DNA of 64,000 bases from the IMG/VR virus record IMGVR_UViG_3300042887_000976, positions 1 through 64,000 of that record; one strand, written 5' to 3'. This document shows, piece by piece, positions 55,009 through 64,000 of this stretch. Source of the stretch: a virus. The notes beneath the pieces were generated by a model. The model had not been told where the DNA came from and searched no databases. It saw only the letters and a list, made by a program, of their open reading frames with translations. How positions within the stretch are numbered: the first letter of the stretch is position 1; the number at the start of each line of letters is the position of its first letter. Both the position numbers and the translations under genes were made by a program.

Positions 55009-55545
55009 TCAGATGGTAGGTAGTTTTGTGGGCCAAGGATAGTTCTTAACCGCATATGCTGTAGGACCTGGGTCAAAGGGCATTTCTTGGTTAAGATACA
55101 CCTCTAGCCCTTCCACAACTACCAAAATGTCATCCCGAAGACGACCACGTACACGATAGGACATTACAGAAAAGTACCTACCATCATACAAAAACATGTC
55201 ATTAAGGTGTTGTTTGTACTCAAAAACAGTTTCAATTCCTGCATCTCGGAAGTCTGAAACAGAAGCCACTAGGTTAACAATTTCTACGGGTTGGCGACCC
55301 TCAGGGATTGCACGCTTAGTATCTTCAGATTCTGTAATCATTAAAATAGGCACTGTAATTCCTGTTTTAAAAGATTTACCACCGCCACCTATTGCTCCCT
55401 CGTCATACACATCATCGTAGTAGGAGCCTGCACTAGCAGCATTTGCTAAAGGAGAGTGTTCGTACCAAACGACACTTTCACCAGCATAGGATTGGTAACT
55501 GCGGTACTGCTTGCGAATGTTGTTCGCTTCTGAACGTAGGTCCAT
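55009..55545 (-). CDS. Head closure protein
   Basis: DDVYDEG, HLND.F.Y.G; position in the neck module. Confidence 0.6.
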   Translation of the reverse strand: MDLRSEANNIRKQYRSYQSYAGESVVWYEHSPLANAASAGSYYDDVYDEGAIGGGGKSFKTGITVPILMITESEDTKRAIPEGRQPVEIVNLVASVSDFRDAGIETVFEYKQHLNDMFLYDGRYFSVMSYRVRGRLRDDILVVVEGLEVYLNQEMPFDPGPTAYAVKNYPWPTKLPTI

Positions 55546-56345
55546 TAGAAGTAGGCGTTGCTCGTATAACTAGCAGGAGGCTCTGTATCAATAAAGACAT
55601 CTTCCCGCAATGGCTCATCCTTTTCAGTAATAAGAATTTGACCCTCTGAGTCTTCAGTAAAGATGCGCTCCATTGGTCCGTACTCCCCAAGTTCTTTGGC
55701 TTTGTAAAGTGGTACAAGACGGTTAGTTGTGCGAGAAACACGGCGAAGGCTGAACTGCTCAATGCGCTCAGGACCAATGTTAAGGTTATTGGCACGCTTA
55801 CGGTACTCAAGTTCCCACTGTTGACAAAGGCTCTGGAGCATGCGGAAACGCTGAGAACCAGGTATATGAATGGACTCAGAAGTCATGACATCAATGTCAC
55901 GAGCATATTCTGTCATAAGAGCCTGTAGGGCTTCTACAAGGGCACCAATGCCAATGACATCCAAGACTGCTGGATTAGCCTGTTCTAAGGGAACATTGAT
56001 AGTTGGTTTATGGTAATTAATTGAATGTTTTGCGTAAAACTCAAGGTCGGCAGGTAACATCCACTCGTAATAATAACCTTCAATAATAATTTTACTGTTG
56101 GCAGCAGGGGTATCAGCCAACCTCACAATACCATTTCGGGCATCTATTGAGTAGTTAGTAGACGTAAGTGGTGTAACACTTGCACCAACAATGTTTGCAA
56201 CCCAAATAGTGTTGGTGTCAATGTTAGGTTGTCCTAACTCAAATGTACGCCCAACAGCGTCAAAGTTAACTTGAAAGAACTTAGGAAAATCACGCAAATA
56301 GTTTCGTGCTACTTCTACAACATATTGAAGGGGTGTCTGCGCCAT
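55545..56345 (-). CDS. Head-tail adaptor / neck protein
   Basis: A.DID.......IP.SQRF..L, LRRVSRTTNRLVP.Y...E; position. Confidence 0.65.
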   Translation of the reverse strand: MAQTPLQYVVEVARNYLRDFPKFFQVNFDAVGRTFELGQPNIDTNTIWVANIVGASVTPLTSTNYSIDARNGIVRLADTPAANSKIIIEGYYYEWMLPADLEFYAKHSINYHKPTINVPLEQANPAVLDVIGIGALVEALQALMTEYARDIDVMTSESIHIPGSQRFRMLQSLCQQWELEYRKRANNLNIGPERIEQFSLRRVSRTTNRLVPLYKAKELGEYGPMERIFTEDSEGQILITEKDEPLREDVFIDTEPPASYTSNAYF

Positions 56346-56494
56346 TATTGGTCTCCTGAGCCCTTTCCAGGGATAGTGTCACTAGACGGTTCATTCATCT
56401 GTGGTTGTTGTTCACGAAACCTATGAGCGGTAACACTACGAATTTTTGTAATGTCCGCAACCGTTCCCGTGGGGTTTGGGATTGGTCGTTCCAT
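56345..56494 (-). CDS. Small protein (49 aa, not in track)
   Basis: Manual translation MERPIPNPTG...; TAATG coupling at both ends. Confidence 0.5.
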   Translation of the reverse strand: MERPIPNPTGTVADITKIRSVTAHRFREQQPQMNEPSSDTIPGKGSGDQ

Positions 56495-58092
56495 TACTGG
56501 GCCTCTAAGGTATCAATACGTGCGGTTAAACTTGCTATAGCAGTTTCTTGTTGTTTAATAACACCTAGAAGTTCTACAGCAAGCATTGTGTAGTTAATTG
56601 CTTCTGGTTGGTTATTTTTGTCGTAATGAACAAGATGATTTAGACCAGCATCATGCATATCTTCAGCAATTAAGCCAAACTGATTAAAACGAGTATCTTG
56701 TGAATCTTCTTCAATATACTCTGCTTTGTAATCAAAAGTCACTGGATTAATATTTAAAATTCTTTTTGTTAAATCGGTGTAATCAACAATATTTTCTTTA
56801 ACCTTACGGCTAGATGCTGATGTACCTAAAGTTAGGTTAGAACTAACAAGGACAGTACGACCTGAAACTGCCTGACTATAAACATCACTTGAGTTTATAA
56901 CACGGAGGCAATTCAAGCCAAGGTAAGTATAAGAACCACCTGCTCTAAAATGTGAGCCCGATGAAGTATCGGTGGCTAAAAATTGACTAGCCTCAACTCC
57001 CGCAGCACTGCCAGTTCCCCAATAGTTACCAGATTGCATAGACCAATAAAAGTTAGTACCTGAATCGTACAGATAACCAGCGTAATTAGAGTACCCAGCA
57101 GCCGCAGCAGTCTGAGCAGAATTAACATTAAAGTTAGAAGGGTTCCAGACATAATGGTTAGAACCATCATTGCTACCCCAAAGCCATGTAGGTTGACCAC
57201 CTTGACCAGACCAGTTGAAAGTCATGGCAGTACCATTACCTCCACCTTGTGACAAAGTAGACGCTTTAGCGGCTAAAGTAGCGTTTGTAGCCGTAGCAGC
57301 GTTACCAGTAGTGCTTCCTGAACTGCCTGTGACATTTCCTGTGACATTTCCTGTGACATTTCCTGCAAGGTTTGCGGTAATAGTGCCAGCAGAGAAGTTT
57401 CCTGAGGCATCACGTAGCACAAGGTTATTTGCAGTATTGGTACTAGATATTGCAGTGTACTTAGCAAGGTTTTCCCAAGCGCCTGCGACTTTAAGCCATA
57501 CACTAGATTTACCAAATGCAGCATTTGCTGTGGTAATCCAGATGTCACCGTTAGCGGCTTTAGCGCCATCACTGTTAGCAGCAAGGGTAGGTTCATTTGC
57601 ATTAATCCAAGTAGTGTTACTTGAAATAAAGAAACGTTTATCTACAATGTTGGGTGTATCAATGTACCCAGCAGAACCTGAGCCTGAGCGATAAATAGCA
57701 GCAAGAACAATGTCACCATCAACAAGGGAAGGAAATTCTGGGTTAGTGCTACTAGATGTACCTTTACGAAACTTAGGTATTAGTGGAGTTTCTTTAGGAA
57801 TGACTACAAGGTCAAAACGCTTGTTTGCATCACCACCGTCTAATACAAGTGTAAAAATTTCGTGGTTGTGGTAATAGGTACCATCAATGCGCACTTTGTA
57901 CGGAGCAATATTAACAGAGTTACTAGTTGTTGAGGTCTTAGTAACAACACCGTTAGTTGCATAGTTGGTGGGGTCAAATACCACACCATTGGATGAGTTT
58001 CCAAGAATTTGGAAATCTACACTGTCGGGCTCTGCCTGGTCGCCAACCCCAGTAGCAACTGCATTGGTGTAGTTGGGAATGGTAAAGCCCAT
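56494..58092 (-). CDS. Fibre protein with C-terminal intramolecular chaperone (peptidase S74)
   Basis: RDASGNFSAGTITA, (GNVT)x3, SSRKVKENI, GLIAED, INY......L...IK.Q coiled coil. Confidence 0.85.
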   Translation of the reverse strand: MGFTIPNYTNAVATGVGDQAEPDSVDFQILGNSSNGVVFDPTNYATNGVVTKTSTTSNSVNIAPYKVRIDGTYYHNHEIFTLVLDGGDANKRFDLVVIPKETPLIPKFRKGTSSSTNPEFPSLVDGDIVLAAIYRSGSGSAGYIDTPNIVDKRFFISSNTTWINANEPTLAANSDGAKAANGDIWITTANAAFGKSSVWLKVAGAWENLAKYTAISSTNTANNLVLRDASGNFSAGTITANLAGNVTGNVTGNVTGSSGSTTGNAATATNATLAAKASTLSQGGGNGTAMTFNWSGQGGQPTWLWGSNDGSNHYVWNPSNFNVNSAQTAAAAGYSNYAGYLYDSGTNFYWSMQSGNYWGTGSAAGVEASQFLATDTSSGSHFRAGGSYTYLGLNCLRVINSSDVYSQAVSGRTVLVSSNLTLGTSASSRKVKENIVDYTDLTKRILNINPVTFDYKAEYIEEDSQDTRFNQFGLIAEDMHDAGLNHLVHYDKNNQPEAINYTMLAVELLGVIKQQETAIASLTARIDTLEAQ

Positions 58093-58100
58093 TAATTACC

Positions 58101-58334
58101 TCAGAGAGTGTCGTAGATGTTTCCGTTGGTCTTGAGGTACTCATAGAGGTCTGCTGGAATATGGAAGGTTTTTCCATCTTCAAAGTTAAACTTTTGATTA
58201 CCCCAATGCATCAGCCATGTGCCTTTAATACGAGCACGGCGAATGTTTGAATCAGTAGCGGGTTTAGAGACAACTGTTTCAGTCTCATCTTCCTCAACTG
58301 GTTCTGCAAATATGTTGGTCTTTTTTGTGGTCAT
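58101..58334 (-). CDS. Small capsid-associated protein
   Basis: Directly after the capsid gene; F.F..G..F..P..L..YL...G. Confidence 0.6.
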   Translation of the reverse strand: MTTKKTNIFAEPVEEDETETVVSKPATDSNIRRARIKGTWLMHWGNQKFNFEDGKTFHIPADLYEYLKTNGNIYDTL

Positions 58335-58372
58335 TTTGACTCCTAGTTTATGTAACGTAATTGTTGTGCTGA

Positions 58373-58399
58373 AGGGAGGGTCTTAAGGGACCCTCCCTC
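58373..58399 (-). terminator. Hairpin after the major capsid gene
   Basis: AGGGAGGGTC-loop-GACCCTCCCT; weak U-tract. Confidence 0.6.
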
Positions 58400-58428
58400 C
58401 GACATCTTAGTAGATTGCAGGCTCCTTA

Positions 58429-59508
58429 TTAGGAGATTGCGCCACCCTTTGTGTTGATTACAACACGAGACTCTGCGGTGATGACACCGAAGCCCCAGAT
58501 TGCATACCATGACAAACCGTGCTCACGACCGAAGTCAATGACACCACCGTCACGCAGTTCAACTGGCAATGCGATTGCCTGACCGAATGCGTTGTCACCA
58601 ATCATGATTGCTGAGTACGAGTCAGCATCTGGGTTTTGGTAACCAGCGGTTGCTGGGTTGAGGTCAACGATGCTGGTTCCACCCTTGAGAACTTGGGTGG
58701 TCTCAATGAAGACTACGTCATACAGACGACCAATTTCACCGAGCATGAAGTTACCTGGAGCGGCATACTTTGTTACTTCAATGAATTCAGGCCAGTCACG
58801 AAGCGCACGGCTCTGTGAAGGGTGTACGAAACATACGTAGGTATCGCCAAGGCGAGGGATGTTCTGACCAGCAAGTACTTCAACTGCGTCTTTTACAGCA
58901 GCAGGTGAGAGCCAGCCTGGGTTAGATGCGTTACCAAGGGTACCTGCATCGTATGGCGAGATAGAACCACGAGCCGCAGCAGGTGAACGACCGAAGACTA
59001 CCGAAGGAGCAACGGCTGCGCCGCCACCGAATGGTGTTCCTGGTGCGTACAACGTGTTACGAGCCTGGATGTCCATGGACTGAGCCATGTGACGACCAAG
59101 AAGTCGTGAAGATGATGCCATAACGTCATCAAATGATGCGTTGAGGAGGAGTTCAGTAACTGCAACAGCCTGACCTTGTTCCTTAACGGTGATTTGAATT
59201 TGACTTGCAGAAAGAGCAACTGGCTCCATACGTACACCTTCAGTAAGTTCAGCACCAGTGGCTTCGCTAGTCGTAAGGTTGTTGTAACGCATAAAGTTGA
59301 TTGTCAAACCAGGCATAACTCCGAGTTCCGTCTTCTTGACGGCAAACTGTTCAAAGCGTAGAACTGGCATTGCTTGGAACAAGATTTCCTTGGACCAAAT
59401 TTGCTGAATTGCTGGAGAAAGTGTTGAATCACTTGAGTAGCCTGTGGTTGTAATTGAACCAAGACCTGCTCCTGTAATTGCGCCACCTTGTGGGGCTGGA
59501 AGGGCCAT
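58429..59508 (-). CDS. Major capsid protein (N4-gp56-like, HK97 fold)
   Basis: F.QFA, G.TI.F.RY..L, L.EGV, E.G.AV..T, Y...VHP.Q...L, GEIG....V.FIET, DFGR...L.WY. Confidence 0.92.
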   Translation of the reverse strand: MALPAPQGGAITGAGLGSITTTGYSSDSTLSPAIQQIWSKEILFQAMPVLRFEQFAVKKTELGVMPGLTINFMRYNNLTTSEATGAELTEGVRMEPVALSASQIQITVKEQGQAVAVTELLLNASFDDVMASSSRLLGRHMAQSMDIQARNTLYAPGTPFGGGAAVAPSVVFGRSPAAARGSISPYDAGTLGNASNPGWLSPAAVKDAVEVLAGQNIPRLGDTYVCFVHPSQSRALRDWPEFIEVTKYAAPGNFMLGEIGRLYDVVFIETTQVLKGGTSIVDLNPATAGYQNPDADSYSAIMIGDNAFGQAIALPVELRDGGVIDFGREHGLSWYAIWGFGVITAESRVVINTKGGAIS

Positions 59509-59543
59509 AAAATTATCCTCCGTGGATAGTTGTTGTTGTTAGG

Positions 59544-60347
59544 TTAAAACCTGCCCCGTGAGGGGCGGGCGTTGAGGAGCCTGTCTCGCATCTTCATGTA
59601 CTGGTCCATCGGCATGTTGCGGATATCCTCCGCTGTCAATGTTTGGTATTCCGTCTGAGTTTCCATTGGCCCAACAGGGGGAGCCGTTACTGGCGCACCC
59701 CGCAGGCGACCTTGCTGTTGCGCAGTCGCTTGCTGGATTGATTCAATAATAGCATTACTTCTCTCAGTAAGCACTGCAATTGAGTTTTCTATCTCTTCTT
59801 CGGTATTACCAAAGACGAGGTCTTGTAATTCAGGGATAATGCTGTCAGCAGCATCTTGAACACGGCTGTTGCGATAAGCCGTTAATTCTTGGATACGGCG
59901 CTCTTTTTCAAGGAGTGCTTCCTGTGCGGCACGCTGGGTTTCAATGGCATCAATACGTGCTTTGTAGTCTTTTTCTACATTTTCAAAACGCTGAGTCCAC
60001 TCATCTTCCTTTTTAAGAAGCAGTTCTTTAGCACTAAGTTCGTTGTGCTCACGTTGCTTAAGAATTTCTTGTTCTTGCTTTGCACGCTCTTCTGCTTCTT
60101 GGCGGGCTGCTTCACGCTCTGCGGCGATGATAGCCATTTGCTCTTCCATGCTTTTTACACGGGTGTCAGCCTCTTCAAGACGCTTGTACATCTTGTCTTT
60201 TTCCTGTTTACGGATGTTTTCTACTTCATCCTCAGAAAAGAGTTTAGAGTTACTTTTCTTCATTGCGTCTTCAACGAATTGCTCTACTTGGGGAGCATCC
60301 GCAGGGACTGAAATAATGTCCCCTTCGGGACCTGGGTTTCTTGCCAT
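59544..60347 (-). CDS. Capsid scaffolding protein
   Basis: R.QEK.K.Y, long coiled coil, I.PEL...V.G...EEI..SI, I..M.M..Y...R..LL. Confidence 0.85.
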   Translation of the reverse strand: MARNPGPEGDIISVPADAPQVEQFVEDAMKKSNSKLFSEDEVENIRKQEKDKMYKRLEEADTRVKSMEEQMAIIAAEREAARQEAEERAKQEQEILKQREHNELSAKELLLKKEDEWTQRFENVEKDYKARIDAIETQRAAQEALLEKERRIQELTAYRNSRVQDAADSIIPELQDLVFGNTEEEIENSIAVLTERSNAIIESIQQATAQQQGRLRGAPVTAPPVGPMETQTEYQTLTAEDIRNMPMDQYMKMRDRLLNARPSRGRF

Positions 60348-60400
60348 GAGTATTACCTACTTTGTTAGTTTGGCTTATATGAACTTGTTTAGTGCTACGT

Positions 60401-62092
60401 TTAGTTATCTTCGTCAGGGTTACGGCGTTGTGCAAAACGAGCGCCATAAGCCCTGGATACTATTTTATTTACAATTTCCTCTTCCATCGGCATTGCTGCA
60501 CCAAGTCCAGGCATCGGGGAAGCGGGGCTTTCCGATGTGGATACATTACCACCTTCTGAAGGTGCAGGCTGGGCACCTCCGTCAGGCTGTGTAACCATTC
60601 CAGTAGCAAGCATGATGGCTTGCTGAATCTGCGCACGCATCATGTCCAAGGCACCTTGGTCAATAGCGTCATCTTGCAGTTCTTCAAAAATTTCAGACAA
60701 CTTCTCACGTGGGAATTCTTCACCAAGGATGCGCAAAGCGCCTTCTTTTGATTCAAGCCCAAGTTGCATCTTGGCTTGCACTTCATTCAACTTAATAAGA
60801 ACATCAATAGGAAGTGGCTCAGGCCAGTGAATACTTGTTCGGTAAGTTAGAGGGTCAGCAGGGTCTAACTGTGGAAGTTGGTCACGCTCTGGTTCTGAAG
60901 CCTTACTTGGGTCGTAATTTAACAACCATGGTTCAAAAATTGCAGCAGTACGAATAATGATTTCGTTAACACGCTCAAGACCCTTAGTAAAGTGAATCTT
61001 CTTCATGCTGTAGCGGTTCATCATTGGCTGGTATTGAATAGCCAAAGCCACGCCAGAAGTGTTTGAAATGGGTTGCATTTGCCCAAGAGCAGTTTCAGGG
61101 ACACCTGTAATCTCATGCATTGTGCGCTTAATGAAATTGACGTACTCCAAGGCACCAGACATTTCACCACGAGATTCAAGGTTAAAGACGTTGGCATCTT
61201 TAGGAAGACCTGCCCACACCTTCTTAGGTCCACGCTCCAATTGAGAAGCCTTAGCGCCAGTAATAATTGTTACAGGAGCAGCGTGATAGTTAATGATGTC
61301 TGAAACTTCAGTCATCTTCTCGTTTAGTTCACGGTTAAGTGGGATGATATCCCAGATGTCTGACTGACCCCAAGGAGAAGACGAGATAGTTGTATTAGGA
61401 ATGTGTACAACAGGAATTTGACCCAAAGCATTAGGGTATTGGTCAATCAGTTCGTCATTAACAAACTGTTGAACCATATCGTCAGACAAGATTTCAACAA
61501 AAGTGTAAACCTGACGAGTACCTTCAGGGGATGTTCCCCAAAAACGATACTTAAGTTTAAAACGAATTAGACGGTCACGGTCATGCGGGTGGTACTCAGG
61601 GAAACAATGCGCTGGGTTAAGAGGGATAATACGAATACGTCCCTCGTGCTGCAAGCCCACAGAATCCACATAAGGCTCTTCGTAGGCAATCTTTACGAAG
61701 CAATCGCCTGTTACTGACGCTAGTTGTCCCATTTCCCAAAGAACATAATGCTTGTTGTTATCGCCATCCCACACTTTGTGAAGAAGTGGTGGGATTACAG
61801 CAGCATTCTGCTCAGGGACATGAAATTGAATACCTTTACCAAAACAAAAGTTAGTAATGTAGTCCGACATAGTGCGGACGTAGTTCATATAGAACTGTGA
61901 TTCGCCCATCTCACGGCGGTAGGACCAGTGGTGACCAAGATACCAAGCCCATGCGGCTGAGTAGCGGTTTAGGCGTGGGCCATGGACTTCAAACTCTTCG
62001 TCTGCAAGTTCTACTAGCCCTAACGGGCTAATAGCAACTGTTAGGTCGCTTGATGCTGCTCTATATGAGGGTGACCAAAAGTCAACTGCCAT
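60401..62092 (-). CDS. Portal protein
   Basis: 563 aa upstream of scaffold and capsid; GD.F.K, IP.VHIPN, WG.SD, SG.AL, W...LP.D. Confidence 0.9.
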   Translation of the reverse strand: MAVDFWSPSYRAASSDLTVAISPLGLVELADEEFEVHGPRLNRYSAAWAWYLGHHWSYRREMGESQFYMNYVRTMSDYITNFCFGKGIQFHVPEQNAAVIPPLLHKVWDGDNNKHYVLWEMGQLASVTGDCFVKIAYEEPYVDSVGLQHEGRIRIIPLNPAHCFPEYHPHDRDRLIRFKLKYRFWGTSPEGTRQVYTFVEILSDDMVQQFVNDELIDQYPNALGQIPVVHIPNTTISSSPWGQSDIWDIIPLNRELNEKMTEVSDIINYHAAPVTIITGAKASQLERGPKKVWAGLPKDANVFNLESRGEMSGALEYVNFIKRTMHEITGVPETALGQMQPISNTSGVALAIQYQPMMNRYSMKKIHFTKGLERVNEIIIRTAAIFEPWLLNYDPSKASEPERDQLPQLDPADPLTYRTSIHWPEPLPIDVLIKLNEVQAKMQLGLESKEGALRILGEEFPREKLSEIFEELQDDAIDQGALDMMRAQIQQAIMLATGMVTQPDGGAQPAPSEGGNVSTSESPASPMPGLGAAMPMEEEIVNKIVSRAYGARFAQRRNPDEDN

Positions 62093-62113
62093 GGATTAGA
62101 CCTTACTACAGTT

Positions 62114-62422
62114 TTACTGGGCAGTTTTCTTAGGGGCTGCCTTTTTGGCTGGAGCCTTCTTAGCGGCTTCCTTTTTTTCTTCAACTGCTACAGTTACTTC
62201 TTCTACAAGTTCAGGAAGTTCCTGTGATGCCTTAGTGAGGAAGTTTGCTGTTCCCTTGTCACCTACAAGTGTGCTTGCGTATGCAAGACCTGTAATGACA
62301 AGAGGCATGATTGCGGCTTGTGCGCCAGCATCAATGTTTGCCTTAGCAAGAAAATAAGAAAGTGCGCCAACAACTGCACCCTTTAGAGTTTGGTCTGCGA
62401 CCTGTTGATTCTTCGTAGCCAT
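62114..62422 (-). CDS. Membrane protein with Lys/Ala-rich tail
   Basis: Two hydrophobic segments; KKAPAKKAAPKK. Confidence 0.65.
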   Translation of the reverse strand: MATKNQQVADQTLKGAVVGALSYFLAKANIDAGAQAAIMPLVITGLAYASTLVGDKGTANFLTKASQELPELVEEVTVAVEEKKEAAKKAPAKKAAPKKTAQ

Positions 62423-62471
62423 GAGTGCTCCTTGTGATAGGGTATCCTTTAATAATACTGTATCTAGAGAC

Positions 62472-63077
62472 TTACTGCTCTTGAATCTGTGCATAGAATG
62501 GAGCACCCGTATGAGGGTCATAATGAGCCGCAACGGTAAGGGCCTTGAGGGCAAGACTTTTCGCTTGGGGAGCGGTCAACTTCTTCTTGGGAAAAAGAGC
62601 CTTAAGAGCACCCAATGCGTATGGGCCCCCCGTCCCCAAAGCGTAGAGACCATTGTTGTCGGAAGCCCACGAATAGTCGCTATCAATAACATAGATAACA
62701 CCGTTAATAGCCACGAGGATTGATGACCCTTGCTCTGCAACATGGTCTGATTGGTCATTATTAGGGGACGAATAACCCTGTGAATCAAAGCATTCTCGTA
62801 AATCAGGAATAAACTTTGAAGTAAAAAACTTGTCTAAACGTATTCCAAGAAGAGTTGCTGGTGGTGCTGGAGGGTTAAAGACATGGTGCAAAAGGTTAAT
62901 TGCACGCATATCTCCAGCCGCTCCAATGATATATTTGCCGTTTTTGGCAACCTTGCCAGAACCAGGGCGCACTGTAGATATCCGTGATACAAACCCATTT
63001 GAGTCTGTATCCGAAATGCGTGAATCGTTAGCAATTATGGCGTAACCATCACCCTGTATTCCAACAATAGTTGTCAT
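62472..63077 (-). CDS. Ntn-hydrolase protease (proteasome-beta / HslV-like)
   Basis: MTTIVG......IA.DSR, K, G.AG, A.G.GG.YALGAL, D..TG. Confidence 0.85.
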   Translation of the reverse strand: MTTIVGIQGDGYAIIANDSRISDTDSNGFVSRISTVRPGSGKVAKNGKYIIGAAGDMRAINLLHHVFNPPAPPATLLGIRLDKFFTSKFIPDLRECFDSQGYSSPNNDQSDHVAEQGSSILVAINGVIYVIDSDYSWASDNNGLYALGTGGPYALGALKALFPKKKLTAPQAKSLALKALTVAAHYDPHTGAPFYAQIQEQ

Positions 63078-64000
63078 TCTCCGAACACTTTTCCTTTGTA
63101 AAACATTGTTCCATCGTGGATTGGAAGCATTTCAGGATGAAACGGACCATCACCTTCTTTGTAGTGTATTACCCCTAAGCCTTGTTGCCAGTCTTCCACA
63201 ATGGTTAGTGGGCGACCATCAAGGTCAATACCACCCTTAGTTGAAGGTACTTCACCTGATACACGAGCAAGGCAACCAAATGAAATAGCAGCAACTGTTT
63301 TTGCACCATCCCAATCTTGGCGTGTGCGTTCTGCCCATTCACGGCGATGGATATGTCCATACACAACAGAAACTTTCTCTGTGCTTAGGTACTTGTGGGC
63401 AGTAGAACCACCTGAAGCAACTTTGTGACCATGAATAATTTTAATTCGGTTGTTTAACCAAAGTTGACTTGCAGGGTATCCAGCAAGGTACTCAACACCA
63501 AAGTCGTCCAAACGGCACAGGAAGGGCACAGAGAGCACAGGAAAACTATCTGGCTTGTTACCCTGCTTTAAACCAAAAGATGCTTTTGCGTTATCTAAAA
63601 TTGAGTTTGTAAGGCGTGCCTCGTGGTTACCTTCAATCCAAACAATACGAGCATACGGTGCAGCATCTCGTAGTTGTGCACAAAGGGTAGTCATGTAGTC
63701 AATGGTTGCTTGTGTAGTCAATGCATACGCAGGGCTTAGACGGTACTTACCAAATTCTGGAAAGTCAGTGTTATCCCCATTTAATGCAATGATGTCAGGC
63801 TTTTCTGCTTTAACAACTGCTACTGCATAAGAAATAGCAAGGGGGTCATGCGTAGGGGTTAGATTTCCATCTCGTCCTCTAAAAAAACCTGCCTGAATAT
63901 CAGGAAGTACAACGCATTTCTTCCAATCAGAAAGAGATGGCTTTACAGTAACTTTTGGAAGTTTAATTGCAGGACCTTGGCGTACTGGGTCCCATGATGG
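63074..64000 (-). CDS. Calcineurin-like metallophosphoesterase (start beyond window)
   Basis: Frame open to the window end: VVLPDIQ, GD..DF, GNHE, HGH, GHIHR, WQQG. Confidence 0.88.
   Translation of the reverse strand, partial: PSWDPVRQGPAIKLPKVTVKPSLSDWKKCVVLPDIQAGFFRGRDGNLTPTHDPLAISYAVAVVKAEKPDIIALNGDNTDFPEFGKYRLSPAYALTTQATIDYMTTLCAQLRDAAPYARIVWIEGNHEARLTNSILDNAKASFGLKQGNKPDSFPVLSVPFLCRLDDFGVEYLAGYPASQLWLNNRIKIIHGHKVASGGSTAHKYLSTEKVSVVYGHIHRREWAERTRQDWDGAKTVAAISFGCLARVSGEVPSTKGGIDLDGRPLTIVEDWQQGLGVIHYKEGDGPFHPEMLPIHDGTMFYKGKVFGE

Noticed and set aside
57327-57364. 12-bp tandem repeat CCTGTGACATTT x3 as a regulatory element
   Set aside because: In-frame GNVT repeat typical of fibre shafts
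1423-63428. Most + strand ORFs in the track
   Set aside because: Antisense shadows of well-supported minus-strand genes; only 3-179, 11187-11495 and 38791-39906 are credible + strand coding
1-64000. tRNA/rRNA genes, terminase, reverse transcriptase/DGR, inteins, stop-codon recoding
   Set aside because: None recognisable by eye; core genes are intact under the standard code; terminase is presumably outside the window (a tRNAscan run would confirm the tRNA negative)

Overview
This window is part of a large tailed dsDNA phage genome with a contractile tail (myovirus). The host is very probably an actinobacterium, judging from two WhiB regulators, an Rpf domain and an MSMEG_6728-like glycosylase. 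Almost all genes are on the minus strand. Layout: (1) 1-1.4 kb: end of a + strand helicase-like gene, then a 1.1 kb repeat-rich non-coding block between two convergent terminators. (2) 1.4-11.2 kb: 'early-type' small genes, several in terminator-promoter-RBS-gene cassettes. (3) 11.2-18.7 kb: host-interaction and sugar genes (WhiB x2, glycosyltransferase, Rpf, nucleotidase, dTDP-glucose dehydratase). (4) 18.7-24 kb: a translationally coupled array of small low-complexity proteins. (5) 24-38.7 kb: SpoVS-like gene, nucleases, RecA, Pol A, SSB, SNF2, primase, DnaB, DnaC-like loader, and an HTH initiator with internal iterons. (6) A + strand Dps operon. (7) 40.6-64 kb: baseplate, tail, neck, capsid, scaffold, portal, Ntn protease and a metallophosphoesterase. 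Three signals stand out and are not explained by this annotation. (a) An asymmetric 13-mer, CATTACA(G/C)AAACT, occurs about 23 times exactly and about 30 times with variants in the first 12 kb. It is strongly oriented, lies inside genes in all three frames and sits at a fixed helical phase upstream of six promoters. (b) At least five adjacent, otherwise unrelated small proteins share an N-terminal tag, M[PTS]RGxD[TES][RS][DNK][HN]PxR. (c) GGCC and CCWGG appear to be missing from the first 14 kb, roughly the same zone as the 13-mer. All counts were made by eye and product calls rest on recalled motifs, not database searches.
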